A stretch of DNA of 52,787 nt from an uncultured Candidatus Saccharibacteria bacterium (GCA_964363045.1 CAYIGM010000002.1:1-52787), one strand, 5' to 3'. Numbered from the stretch's first letter, positions 9,971 to 18,564 are shown. Made by a program: numbers and translations. The notes: generated by a model from the letters alone, not told the origin.

Positions 9971-11027
9971 AAGCCAACTTGTCTATTAATTTATCCAAAC
10001 CATGATTTTGAACTATAATATCCCTCATTTTTTTCTTTATAACATTCTTTTCTTCAAGAGAAAACTTTATTAATTTCTCAATCTTAGCTGCAAGTTCAAT
10101 GGCATTTCTTTCTTTAAACATCAGCAAATCTCTTAAATGCGCGTCAAATATTCCGCTAAAAGCTTCACTGGAAACAAGGACTAACAAACCGCAAGCCATA
10201 GCCTCAAGGGTCGTCTTGTCAAAACTTCCCGTCTTTGTCAGATTAACGAAAATATCATTATCATTATATATTGCCGGTGTTTGACTATTAGGTATTTTAC
10301 CCAAAAATAAAACATCATCTTCAAGCCCTAATATTCTTATTTTCTCTTTGACTTGATTGAAATAATTCATGTCCTTTTCCGTCGGTCCGCCGACAATATT
10401 AAGATGAAAATTATAATCTCCATTTTTTAGAATACCGAGCGCTTCAATCAACACATTAAGATTTTTAACCGGACTTATCCTGCCTAAATATAAAATCTTA
10501 AATTTATTATCTTCATCTTTTAATTTACCGGCTATCGGATTAAATTTATCTATATCTATCCCTTGCTGCAAAACAACAAGTTTTTTCATATTAAAAGGAA
10601 AAGCTTCTTTAACCGAGGTCACAACTTTATCGGTAAAAAAGACGGCTATCCTCAATTTCAAACTGTCAAGAAAATGCGCATACCACAAGACAACTTTCTT
10701 ACCCCAAAATTTCCATAGCGGACCGGCTAATATGACATATTCCGGATTCATATGGACAAAAACACGATCATAGTCATTTCTTAAAAGCCAAATATGTCTA
10801 TAAAATTTTAAAATATATCCGAGCTTATTCGGTTTCTTATAATCCGGAAATTCCTCCTTTCCAAGAGAATGAACTTCAACATTAATGGGTAAATTATATT
10901 CCCCTTTATAAAGACAGATAACGTGTATAAACTCAAACTTAAGAGTTAATCTCTTTATCCACTCATGATAAACTCCCAAAAGGTCGTCATTTTTATCAAC
11001 TTTCTGGGTTATAAATAAGAGCTTCAT
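9954..11027 (-). CDS. Glycosyltransferase, GT4 family
   Basis: FDKTTLEAMACGLLVLVS motif and GT-B layout. Its start overlaps the Elp3 stop by 4 nt. Confidence 0.8.
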   Translation of the reverse strand: MKLLFITQKVDKNDDLLGVYHEWIKRLTLKFEFIHVICLYKGEYNLPINVEVHSLGKEEFPDYKKPNKLGYILKFYRHIWLLRNDYDRVFVHMNPEYVILAGPLWKFWGKKVVLWYAHFLDSLKLRIAVFFTDKVVTSVKEAFPFNMKKLVVLQQGIDIDKFNPIAGKLKDEDNKFKILYLGRISPVKNLNVLIEALGILKNGDYNFHLNIVGGPTEKDMNYFNQVKEKIRILGLEDDVLFLGKIPNSQTPAIYNDNDIFVNLTKTGSFDKTTLEAMACGLLVLVSSEAFSGIFDAHLRDLLMFKERNAIELAAKIEKLIKFSLEEKNVIKKKMRDIIVQNHGLDKLIDKLAYVLEE

Positions 11028-12655
11028 ATTAATGATTTTACCATATACCCGCCATCAAGCCGATAGCCCAATTTCCGATAATAATCCCTGACACCGACGC
11101 CTGAAATTACGGCCATTTTCTTATATCCGGCCTCTTGGGATATTTTTTCAGCTTCTTTAATGAGGGAACTGCCAAGCCCGCGATGCTGACTCTGTATCCC
11201 CTTTTCTGCCACAGGCACCATTCTGCCGTAAGTATGAAGCTCCCTGACAATAGCGCTTCCGCGGAGCGCGGGGGGTGCTTCTTTTTTGTCAGAAACTCCG
11301 GGCAGAAAAAGCCTTAAAAAGGCAACCAGTTTGTCCGCGCTCCGGTCATTCCAACTTAAAAATACTTCTTTGCCGACAGAAGTCCGGTATTCTTCTTTTT
11401 CAAATTTCAACTTCTCAATTTGAATCTTTCCCTCTCTTATCTCCCTACATCTGATGCATTTGCATTTCCAATTATTTTCTTTTTGGTCTCTTTCAAGAAT
11501 CTGCCTTAAATTGGAAATCTTGCTTCCGGCGACAATATATTCTGACGGAATATCGCGAATGACCCGAATTAATCTGACGAATTTAGGAAGATTCTTTTTC
11601 ACTTCTATCAGAAGCCTCGCCAGCTTCTTATCGTCATAAGTTTTGAATTTTCCTTTCTGCCATAATTTATACAAATTGCTGTTTTTAAGAACAACGCACG
11701 GATAAATCTTCAGCATATCGGGGTAAAACAGCGGATTGGAAAAAAGCTCCTTAAACATCCAGACATCTTTCTTATAAGTGCTGGTGTATAAATTCGGCAT
11801 CATATGATAAACGATTTTAAATCCGGCCAAACGAAGAAGAGCTGTCGCTTTGGAGACCTCGCCTATTCCCGCTCCGCGCGCGTTGGCCGATAAAACATCT
11901 TCATCAAGATTCTGCACGCCTATCTCCACCTTCGTCACTCCAAACTTTCTCATCCTCTCTATTTCCGCTAAATTTATATAATCCGGTCTTGTTTCAACAG
12001 ACAATCCTATAATCCTGCATTTTGCGCTTTCATTGATTTTTTGCAATCCATTCAACGGTTTGGTATTTTTCTTGATTCCTCTTTTTTTCTTATAATTATT
12101 GCAAGCCCTGAAAATCTCCGATATGAATTCTTCCTGATATTTATGCGGATAATAACTCCAGGTTCCGCCTATTATAATAATTTCAATCTTATCTATCGGA
12201 TGGCCGTTTAATTCTAACGCCCGAAGCCTCGCAATAATCTGCTTATACGGGTCAAAATTATTCCTCAAAGCGCGACTGGCGGCAGGCTCTTTGGAAAGAT
12301 AACTCTTGGGCATCTTTTTCTCTGTCGGGCAATAAATACATCTACCCGGACAAGAAAAAGGTTTGGTCAGAAGCGAGACCGAGACTATCCCCGAATTGCT
12401 TTTTGTCTTTATTTTTCGCAATAACAATTCCGCTTCAAGAGACCTTTCCTCTTCCCCTTTTTCAACCATATCTTTATATAAAGCCAAAACCTCCGCGTTA
12501 ACCGGCAATGGCTTTGTTTTAAAGATATGCCCAGCGGGCCTGAAACTGATTTTCTTTTTTATCTCTAATATACGCTCATAAAGCGCATTATTTTTGGAAA
12601 TGACCCTCTTGAGCCTCTCTAAATCTGCTTCTGTTTTAAGATGTTTAAAAAGCAT
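11024..12655 (-). CDS. elp3: Elp3-type tRNA U34 carboxymethyl-modification enzyme (radical SAM + GNAT acetyltransferase)
   Basis: FSCPGRCIYCP radical-SAM CxxxCxxC cluster. The central domain is Elp3-like (VETRPDYI, VTKVEIGVQ). C-terminal GNAT motif QHRGLGSSLIKEAEKI. The 543-aa length fits Elp3. Confidence 0.85.
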   Translation of the reverse strand: MLFKHLKTEADLERLKRVISKNNALYERILEIKKKISFRPAGHIFKTKPLPVNAEVLALYKDMVEKGEEERSLEAELLLRKIKTKSNSGIVSVSLLTKPFSCPGRCIYCPTEKKMPKSYLSKEPAASRALRNNFDPYKQIIARLRALELNGHPIDKIEIIIIGGTWSYYPHKYQEEFISEIFRACNNYKKKRGIKKNTKPLNGLQKINESAKCRIIGLSVETRPDYINLAEIERMRKFGVTKVEIGVQNLDEDVLSANARGAGIGEVSKATALLRLAGFKIVYHMMPNLYTSTYKKDVWMFKELFSNPLFYPDMLKIYPCVVLKNSNLYKLWQKGKFKTYDDKKLARLLIEVKKNLPKFVRLIRVIRDIPSEYIVAGSKISNLRQILERDQKENNWKCKCIRCREIREGKIQIEKLKFEKEEYRTSVGKEVFLSWNDRSADKLVAFLRLFLPGVSDKKEAPPALRGSAIVRELHTYGRMVPVAEKGIQSQHRGLGSSLIKEAEKISQEAGYKKMAVISGVGVRDYYRKLGYRLDGGYMVKSLI

Positions 12656-12662
12656 AATAAAT

Positions 12663-12692
12663 TTGGAAAAATTCCCGCAATTTAGCTATACT
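12663..12692 (+). promoter_or_regulatory. Candidate sigma-70 promoter for the Trm9-like gene (leaderless)
   Basis: TTGGAA (12663-12668), 18-nt spacer, TATACT (12687-12692). The ATG at 12700 is 7 nt after the -10 box and has no SD. Confidence 0.4.
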
Positions 12693-12699
12693 ATAAACA

Positions 12700-13395
12700 A
12701 TGGAAGAAGAAATGGCAAAAAAAATTTTAGATGAATCAATCGCCAATTACAATAAAATAGCGGAAGATTTTTCTTATACTCGAACGGCATTTTGGAATGA
12801 ATTAAATTTCATAAAAGGGCTTATAAAAGAAGGCGACAACATATTGGACTTAGGATGCGGAAACGGCCGTTTTTTTGAACAACTGAAAGGTAAAAATATC
12901 AAATATACCGGCAGTGACGCATCAGAAAATTTGCTGAAAATAGCGAAAGAAAAATATGGAAAAGAAGCGAAATTCATTCACACCGACACATTAAATTTGC
13001 CGTTTAAAGACAATTCATTTGACATAATAATATCGTTTGCCGTTTTACACCATATTCCATCTAAAAAATTCCGAGACCAATTCATCAAAGAAGCGCGCAG
13101 AGTATTGAAAAATGATGGAATTTTAATTATCTCCGTATGGAACCTGTGGCAAAAAAAGTTTATTCCCATTATCATAAAATACGCCCTTTTAAAATTATTC
13201 AGACTTTCTAAATTTGATTTTAAAGATATTTATCTTAATTTCGGAAAATATAAAAAGGCCCGCTTCCTGCATGCTTTTACTGAAAAAGAATTGGGTCAAC
13301 TGCTGGCAAAAAACAGACTGGCCGTAAAAAAATTAGAAAAAATAAAAAGAAAAAGCGGCTACTCAAATCTTATCGCAATTGCCAGAAAGATTTAA
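12700..13395 (+). CDS. Trm9/ALKBH8-like SAM-dependent methyltransferase (candidate tRNA cm5U34 methyl esterase-forming enzyme)
   Basis: YNKIAEDFSYTRTAFW, DLGCGNGRF, DTLNLPFKDNSFDIIISFAVLHHI, ISVWNLWQ and RFLHAFTEKEL match the block order I recall for yeast Trm9. It lies divergent from elp3. Confidence 0.6.
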   Translation: MEEEMAKKILDESIANYNKIAEDFSYTRTAFWNELNFIKGLIKEGDNILDLGCGNGRFFEQLKGKNIKYTGSDASENLLKIAKEKYGKEAKFIHTDTLNLPFKDNSFDIIISFAVLHHIPSKKFRDQFIKEARRVLKNDGILIISVWNLWQKKFIPIIIKYALLKLFRLSKFDFKDIYLNFGKYKKARFLHAFTEKELGQLLAKNRLAVKKLEKIKRKSGYSNLIAIARKI

Positions 13396-14537
13396 GAAAC
13401 GCAATCCTCCCACAACTTCTTATAAGCATTCAAGTATTCTTGCTTATCAAACAAAACAGCAGACATATATTCAGCGCTAACGACAAAATCATTAAAAAGC
13501 AGCCTATCGCGAATTATTTTAAAAAGAACTTTTTTTAGTTTTTCTTCATCGCCGACCGGCACCACAAATCCGCTATAACCGTCTCTTATTATCTCACCGG
13601 CAAGTCCGACATCAGTCATAATTACGGGGCAAGAAGCCGTCACAGCCTCTATAACAGTCCTGCCGAAACCTTCATAATTTGAAGTGAGAAGAAAAACGCT
13701 GGCTGTCTTATAATACGAAATCAAGTCGTCGCTCCACGGCTCAAAAATTATATTAGCTTCCATCTTCCTGGCTTTAGCTTTAAGCTTTTTCTCTTTCGGT
13801 CCGGCACCCACAATAACAAGACCTGTCTTGGGGTATTTTTCCAAAATATCCTTCATAACATCAATTGCCAAAGGAATATTTTTTTCAACAGTAAGGCGTC
13901 CGGCCATAAGAATTATAAAATCAAATTGCGGATATTTTTTGCGAAGATTATCTTTAATTGGCGTTTCTCGTATCTTTTTTACATCAACAAAAATAGGCAA
14001 AATTTCTATATTATAAACTTTAAATTTTTCTGATACGGATTTTTTTATCCTAAGAGAAACCGCTCTGATACAATTCGCGCGAGGAATCAAGAATTGAGCG
14101 ATAATAAATCTGATGCGATTTAACAGAGACTCTCTTTTAAAATACGGGGATAGAAAATCAGTATGAATTTGTATTTGCAGTTTAATCCCTGTCTCTCTTC
14201 TTATCAACCAGCCGACTAAACCCGTTTCAAACGGGTCCTGGCTAGTGATAAGCGAATCATCAATGACAAATTTAAAATCATAAATAATCTTCTTCCCGAT
14301 ATTTATCGCGTCTTTAATATAAAACCACCTACTGCGCGAATTTGTCGGATAAATCCAAATATTATCAGCTATTCTTTGCTTCTCTATTTTTGATTCTTGA
14401 TTCTTGATTCTTTTATTAAACACTATCACATGGAGCTCTTTCACTAATCCGCCGTAATCAATCATACGGCTTCTTACTTCAGAGCCTTCTTCAAATATCA
14501 ATCTATCGCTTGAAATCATTAAAACATTTTTTATCAT
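13392..14537 (-). CDS. Glycosyltransferase, GT4 family
   Basis: EGFGRTVIEAVTASCPVIMTDVGLAGEII motif. Its stop overlaps the convergent stop of ORF 12700-13395 by 4 nt. Confidence 0.8.
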   Translation of the reverse strand: MIKNVLMISSDRLIFEEGSEVRSRMIDYGGLVKELHVIVFNKRIKNQESKIEKQRIADNIWIYPTNSRSRWFYIKDAINIGKKIIYDFKFVIDDSLITSQDPFETGLVGWLIRRETGIKLQIQIHTDFLSPYFKRESLLNRIRFIIAQFLIPRANCIRAVSLRIKKSVSEKFKVYNIEILPIFVDVKKIRETPIKDNLRKKYPQFDFIILMAGRLTVEKNIPLAIDVMKDILEKYPKTGLVIVGAGPKEKKLKAKARKMEANIIFEPWSDDLISYYKTASVFLLTSNYEGFGRTVIEAVTASCPVIMTDVGLAGEIIRDGYSGFVVPVGDEEKLKKVLFKIIRDRLLFNDFVVSAEYMSAVLFDKQEYLNAYKKLWEDCVS

Positions 14538-14540
14538 AAA

Positions 14541-15695
14541 TTATATTAATATTTTAATCGTCTCATTTATCATTATCTCTCCTGAAAATTCTCTTATTTT
14601 TTCTTTGGCATTTTGAATTAAAGTATTTCTCAATTTTTCATTACGCAACAGTTCTAAAATAACCCATTTTATTTCTTCTTTGTTGTTATATTCAACCAAA
14701 AGACCGTCCTTTCCGTCTTGTATAAGCTCCGGATTTCCTCCAATATCAGTTGCCACAACAGGAATACCGCCCGCCATAGCCTCGAGCAATTGATGCGAGA
14801 ACCCCTCGTAAGCCGTATTCAAAATGAAGATATCGGAAGCTTTCAAATAAGCGCGCAGTTCTTCGTGAGGGAGCCTGCCAGTCATTATCACCTCATTTTC
14901 AAGACTAAGATTCAAAATTTTATTATTTAAATTTTTCTTTTCCGAACCATCGCCAATAATCAAAAGTTTCGCATCAGGATAATCTTTTAGAATATCAGGC
15001 ATAATCTCAATAAGGGAGCCAAATCCTTTCCACGGAACCAGCCGGCCGATTGAGACGATAATATTTCCATTGATACCGTATTCCCGTCTTATTTCATTCT
15101 TATCTTCAAGCACGGAAGACGGACTAAAAGAATTATAAACAACAAAAATTTTGCTTTCGGCGACACTCCATCCTAATAAAATTTTTTTTAAATAATTGCT
15201 GGGCACAATCACTTTAAAGGCATGCTGGGCAACATACTTTTGTATCCTCCTCCTCATCTCGGTAATTAAATCATACTTTTCTTCCTGAAATTTTTCCAAA
15301 CTTGGTAATTGAAGACCGGTAATTGAAGATTTCTGGCAATACTGTTCCCAAGCGTAATCGCCCACAACTTTAAGTACAAACTTTTTTCTTAATATCCTTG
15401 AAGCTAGATAGGCCGGCAAGCCGACACTCACCGGGTCTTGCGCGAAAATCACATCAGTATTTCTCCCTTTTTTTAACAGCATTAAAAAATAAATAAAATG
15501 ACGCAATATTTTCGGCAAATTTCTGACTTTACCGAAATTTACAATATAGACGCTCACCCCATGCAGAGGCAAGTGGTCAAATAATTGCTTTGAATAAGTC
15601 GCCGGTCCGCCGATATCGGGAGGATAAAGGCCTGTCGCAATTAAAATCTTCTTTGAGGGAGAGTGTTCGCCGACTTTTAGAATATCTCCTTTCAT
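14541..15695 (-). CDS. Glycosyltransferase, GT4 family
   Basis: EGFSHQLLEAMAGGIPVVATDIGGNPELIQDGKDGLLV motif. N-terminal GGP motif (DIGGPATY). Confidence 0.85.
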   Translation of the reverse strand: MKGDILKVGEHSPSKKILIATGLYPPDIGGPATYSKQLFDHLPLHGVSVYIVNFGKVRNLPKILRHFIYFLMLLKKGRNTDVIFAQDPVSVGLPAYLASRILRKKFVLKVVGDYAWEQYCQKSSITGLQLPSLEKFQEEKYDLITEMRRRIQKYVAQHAFKVIVPSNYLKKILLGWSVAESKIFVVYNSFSPSSVLEDKNEIRREYGINGNIIVSIGRLVPWKGFGSLIEIMPDILKDYPDAKLLIIGDGSEKKNLNNKILNLSLENEVIMTGRLPHEELRAYLKASDIFILNTAYEGFSHQLLEAMAGGIPVVATDIGGNPELIQDGKDGLLVEYNNKEEIKWVILELLRNEKLRNTLIQNAKEKIREFSGEIMINETIKILI

Positions 15696-15698
15696 TTA

Positions 15699-16268
15699 TT
15701 ATATATTCAATTTATTTAAAATCTTCTCATGTGGATAATCCAAAATATCCCGCACGAATTTATCATATATCCCCAAACGATATAAAAATTCATCAGTATC
15801 AAAAAACGCATACTTGAGTTCTTTGCCAACAATCGCCTCAATATCTTTTACGGTCTTCTCAATTTTATTTTTCTTTATAAAATCACCGACAACCAGAAGG
15901 TCAACCCTGCTATCATTATTTTGTATAAATATGCCGGATATTATTATTAATTTTATCCTACCAACAACTTTAAGTTTTTTAGATAAATCCTCCGCGCTCA
16001 CGGCAGTAGAATTAAGAAGTAAATTTCTAAGCAAATTTAAGTAAGGAAAAGCTGGGTTAATCTGCCAGCCCTTTAGCTTCCCAAGACTTTTCTTCTTTAT
16101 AAAACTTATTTTGGACAAAATAGAAATCTCCCGACGGAGAGCGGCAGGTAAAACCTTGCTTCGTCGGGAGATTTCTTTATTTTCTATAATTTTTTCAGCA
16201 TTAAGAAAAAACAAGCGTAAAATTTTTACACGATTTTGAGAGCCTAAAAGTGTCCCTAAGATATCCAT
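15699..16268 (-). CDS. Hypothetical protein with an N-terminal winged-helix-like segment
   Basis: 189-aa ORF tightly packed between rplL and a GT. NRVKILRLFFLN...ISRRSKV resembles an ArsR-like wHTH. The rest is unassigned. Confidence 0.5.
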   Translation of the reverse strand: MDILGTLLGSQNRVKILRLFFLNAEKIIENKEISRRSKVLPAALRREISILSKISFIKKKSLGKLKGWQINPAFPYLNLLRNLLLNSTAVSAEDLSKKLKVVGRIKLIIISGIFIQNNDSRVDLLVVGDFIKKNKIEKTVKDIEAIVGKELKYAFFDTDEFLYRLGIYDKFVRDILDYPHEKILNKLNI

Positions 16269-16320
16269 AATACAAATATCTTAACTCTTTTATCGCGTTT
16301 TTTCAAGTCTCAAGCCGGTT

Positions 16321-16728
16321 TTATTTAAGCTCCACCGTCGCGCCAGCCGCTTCAAACTTCTTCTTGATTTCTTCCGCTTCTTCTTTTTTAACACCCTCTT
16401 TAATCACTTTAGGAGCGGCATCAACGAGGTCCTTCGCTTCCTTAAGACCAAGAGCCAAAAGCTCTTTTGCAACTTTGATAACTTGAATCTTCTGTTCTCC
16501 GGCACTCTTAAGTTCTACTGTAAACATGCTTTTCTCTTCTCCTGCTCCGGCCTCAGCGCCGGCCGCCGGCGCGACAGCCACCACAGCGGCCTGCGCGGAT
16601 ACGCCAAACTTCTCTTCAAAAATCTTTACCAATTCTGAAAGGTCAAGAACGCTCATTTTTTCAATAGCCTCAACAATATCTTTGAATTTTGCAGGCACTT
16701 CTACCTCTTTTTTTGTTTCTTCTGTCAT
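16321..16728 (-). CDS. rplL: 50S ribosomal protein L7/L12
   Basis: Ala/Gly-rich hinge [20 protein letters not shown]-terminal domain ...[29 protein letters not shown]. Confidence 0.95.
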   Translation of the reverse strand: MTEETKKEVEVPAKFKDIVEAIEKMSVLDLSELVKIFEEKFGVSAQAAVVAVAPAAGAEAGAGEEKSMFTVELKSAGEQKIQVIKVAKELLALGLKEAKDLVDAAPKVIKEGVKKEEAEEIKKKFEAAGATVELK

Positions 16729-16749
16729 AATATTTTTATAATTAAACTT

Positions 16750-17271
16750 TTAATTTATTTTTTTTATTTGACCTAACACTCTCACGAAATTACCCATAAC
16801 TCCATTCAAAGTGACGACCATTCCTTGAACCGGTGAATTTATCACATTAACAAATTTTCCATAAAGCACTGCGCGCGACGGAATACTGGCAAGCATTAAA
16901 GCTTTATTGGCGTCTATATACTCGCCTTCAAACATGCCACCCAATATTTTAACCATGTCTTTATGCTTTTTCCCAAATTCAAATACCTCTTTAGCCGGAG
17001 CAACAGCATCTTCTCTGCCGAAAGCAATCGCCACCTCTCCGTCAAGCTCGGGAATTTCTCCCTTAAGCTTAAGCGCGTCAAAGGCCTTTTTTATCAATGT
17101 CTTCTTTGCGACGACATAATCTACATCGTTATTCCTCAGATTATTTCTAAGTTCTGTTTCGCCTGCTACATTCAATCCGTGAAAATTCACGAAAATAGCC
17201 GAAGCGGATTCTTTGCCTTTATTTTCAATATTCTTCAATATTTCTTCTTTCTTTTGTCTTGTTATTGCCAT
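16750..17271 (-). CDS. rplJ: 50S ribosomal protein L10
   Basis: 173 aa immediately upstream of rplL, with L10-like N-terminus (FVNFHGLNVAGETELR, VAKKTLIKKA). Confidence 0.9.
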   Translation of the reverse strand: MAITRQKKEEILKNIENKGKESASAIFVNFHGLNVAGETELRNNLRNNDVDYVVAKKTLIKKAFDALKLKGEIPELDGEVAIAFGREDAVAPAKEVFEFGKKHKDMVKILGGMFEGEYIDANKALMLASIPSRAVLYGKFVNVINSPVQGMVVTLNGVMGNFVRVLGQIKKIN

Positions 17272-17455
17272 AATTTAATACTTAGCCAATAATAATTTTT
17301 TTATTGGATTCTCTAGTCGCTAGTGGCTAAAAACTAGTGGCTAAAAAAACAAAAACGACCTATAAAAGCCGCGAGAAATAGCCAAAAATGGCCAATGTCT
17401 CGGCAGGGCTTATTTATCCCGTAAGGCGGGACAGGCCTACTGTCTGCGACTATAT
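17272..17455 (-). promoter_or_regulatory. Long structured 5' leader of rplJL (candidate L10-leader-type autoregulatory RNA)
   Basis: About 184 nt lie between the candidate promoter and the ATG. GC-rich nested hairpins at 17395-17452. Tandem TTTTTAGCCACTAG x2. Mutually exclusive pairings (TTAGCCA/TGGCTAA versus CCAATAA/TTATTGG) end 10 nt from an ATG that has no SD. Confidence 0.35.
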
Positions 17456-17461
17456 GTTTAA

Positions 17462-17489
17462 AGTATACTCAAGAATAAAATCCTGTCAA
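17462..17489 (-). promoter_or_regulatory. Candidate sigma-70 promoter for rplJL
   Basis: On the minus strand: TTGACA (17489-17484), 16-nt spacer, TATACT (17467-17462). Confidence 0.45.
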
Positions 17490-17564
17490 CTTCGTGCGCG
17501 CTCGCCTCTTTTCTTCGCGCTTTATTTATTTATAAATGACTGCGGACATCGCATATTTGTAGCT

Positions 17565-18488
17565 TTAAATTATCCCCAATATCTTTCCTATTGTCAGAGC
17601 CAGAAGAAAAGAGACGGCGACCAAAAGCCATTTATGCTCTAAAATATAAATCAAGGCCAAAATAAATTTTTCATAATAATTATTCCGACTAGACGGCCCG
17701 CTTTCATCAATGGCTGTTTTCTTGTCCTTCAAACTCCCGACAATATTATCTATAACCGCTCCTGTCTTTTGTCCGACAGAGTCAGCGACATCTTTCAGCG
17801 CTGTGTCTTTTATTTTATTTTCCGGCGTGGTATTTCCGCTTATCTTGCTATCGGCAGAGAGCGGATTTGTGCCACTTAAAACCTCCTCCCCGTCAGAAAC
17901 ACCGTCTCCGTCCGTATCTTTATTTAAAGAGTCTGTCCCCAGCGCTTTCTCTTGTATGTCAGAAAGTCCGTCATTATCATTATCAGTATCAACCGCATCT
18001 CCGATTTTATCGCCATCAGTGTCAGAATCAACAAACCGTTTATCCGCGTTAGAAGAATCAAAAGCCAATGTTATAGGTTCAAACTCGCCACCGATAAGAG
18101 CCTTTTTGGTATCAATCAATTTTATATAAATATTATGGTCGCCTTTTTCAGCCTTCCAATCGGCCCACTTTTCCGCCAACTGGCCGTTTACCGCCGAGAA
18201 ATCCGACTCGCCGATAATCTCCTCATTGTTAAAAAATTGAATTTTGCCAACAATATCAAAACCGGAATTATTCTGTATGGCCGAATAAATTCTCACATTA
18301 TCACCGGCGAAAAAAGTATTGCTGGAATACCACAACCCGCTGACAAAACCGGCGTTTACCGTGTCGTCGGCCTCTGCTCGTGGCGCGTTCGTTGGCAGAA
18401 AGGAAGTACTAAGAATGCCGAGCGTTAAAATAGCAGTAAAAATAAGCCTCTTTGTATTTATAGTATTTATAGACTTATTATACAACAT
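17565..18488 (-). CDS. Secreted, C-terminally anchored protein with a CARDB-like beta-sandwich and thrombospondin type-3-like Ca-binding repeats
   Basis: N-terminal signal-like segment. DSDTDGDKIGDAVDTDNDNDGLSD and DTDGDGVSDGEE Asp-rich repeats. C-terminal TM (LLVAVSFLLALTIGKILGII). Confidence 0.7.
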   Translation of the reverse strand: MLYNKSINTINTKRLIFTAILTLGILSTSFLPTNAPRAEADDTVNAGFVSGLWYSSNTFFAGDNVRIYSAIQNNSGFDIVGKIQFFNNEEIIGESDFSAVNGQLAEKWADWKAEKGDHNIYIKLIDTKKALIGGEFEPITLAFDSSNADKRFVDSDTDGDKIGDAVDTDNDNDGLSDIQEKALGTDSLNKDTDGDGVSDGEEVLSGTNPLSADSKISGNTTPENKIKDTALKDVADSVGQKTGAVIDNIVGSLKDKKTAIDESGPSSRNNYYEKFILALIYILEHKWLLVAVSFLLALTIGKILGII

Positions 18489-18495
18489 TCTGTTT

Positions 18496-18526
18496 CAACG
18501 GCTAATCCTCAACGGATTAGCCGTTG
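18496..18526. repeat. 13-bp-stem hairpin (CAACGGCTAATCC / GGATTAGCCGTTG)
   Basis: Perfect inverted repeat with a 5-nt loop, between the 1301-aa gene stop and the 307-aa gene start. Contains the GGCTAA/TTAGCC motif seen in other spacers. Confidence 0.7.
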
Positions 18527-18547
18527 CCTCTTTAGAATCAATCGCCA

Positions 18548-18564
18548 CAAAGGACCCTCCTTTG
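18548..18564. repeat. Degenerate REP-like hairpin CAAAGGA-CCC-TCCTTTG
   Basis: Shares ACAAAGGAC with the REP copies at 23702 and 23771. A second hairpin follows: TTCCGCA (18567-18573) / TGCGGAA (18584-18590). Confidence 0.5.

Noticed and set aside
14390-14410. (TTGATTC)x3 heptanucleotide repeat inside the GT4 gene 13392-14537, as a possible slipped-strand phase-variation switch.
   Set aside because: Three units (21 nt, in frame, encoding KNQESKI) is well below the copy numbers seen in known contingency loci. No supporting evidence is visible.
17496-17520. GCGCG-N15-CGCGC hairpin followed by TTTATTTATTT on the plus strand, as a terminator.
   Set aside because: Its U-tract is on the plus strand, where there is no credible upstream gene. 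On the minus strand, after the 307-aa gene, no U-run follows. Its function is unclear and it may be incidental.
17388-17642. 84-aa plus-strand ORF in the gap upstream of rplJ.
   Set aside because: It spans the rplJ promoter and leader and runs into the 3' end of the 307-aa gene on the other strand. It has no recognisable motif. The region is better explained as a structured leader.
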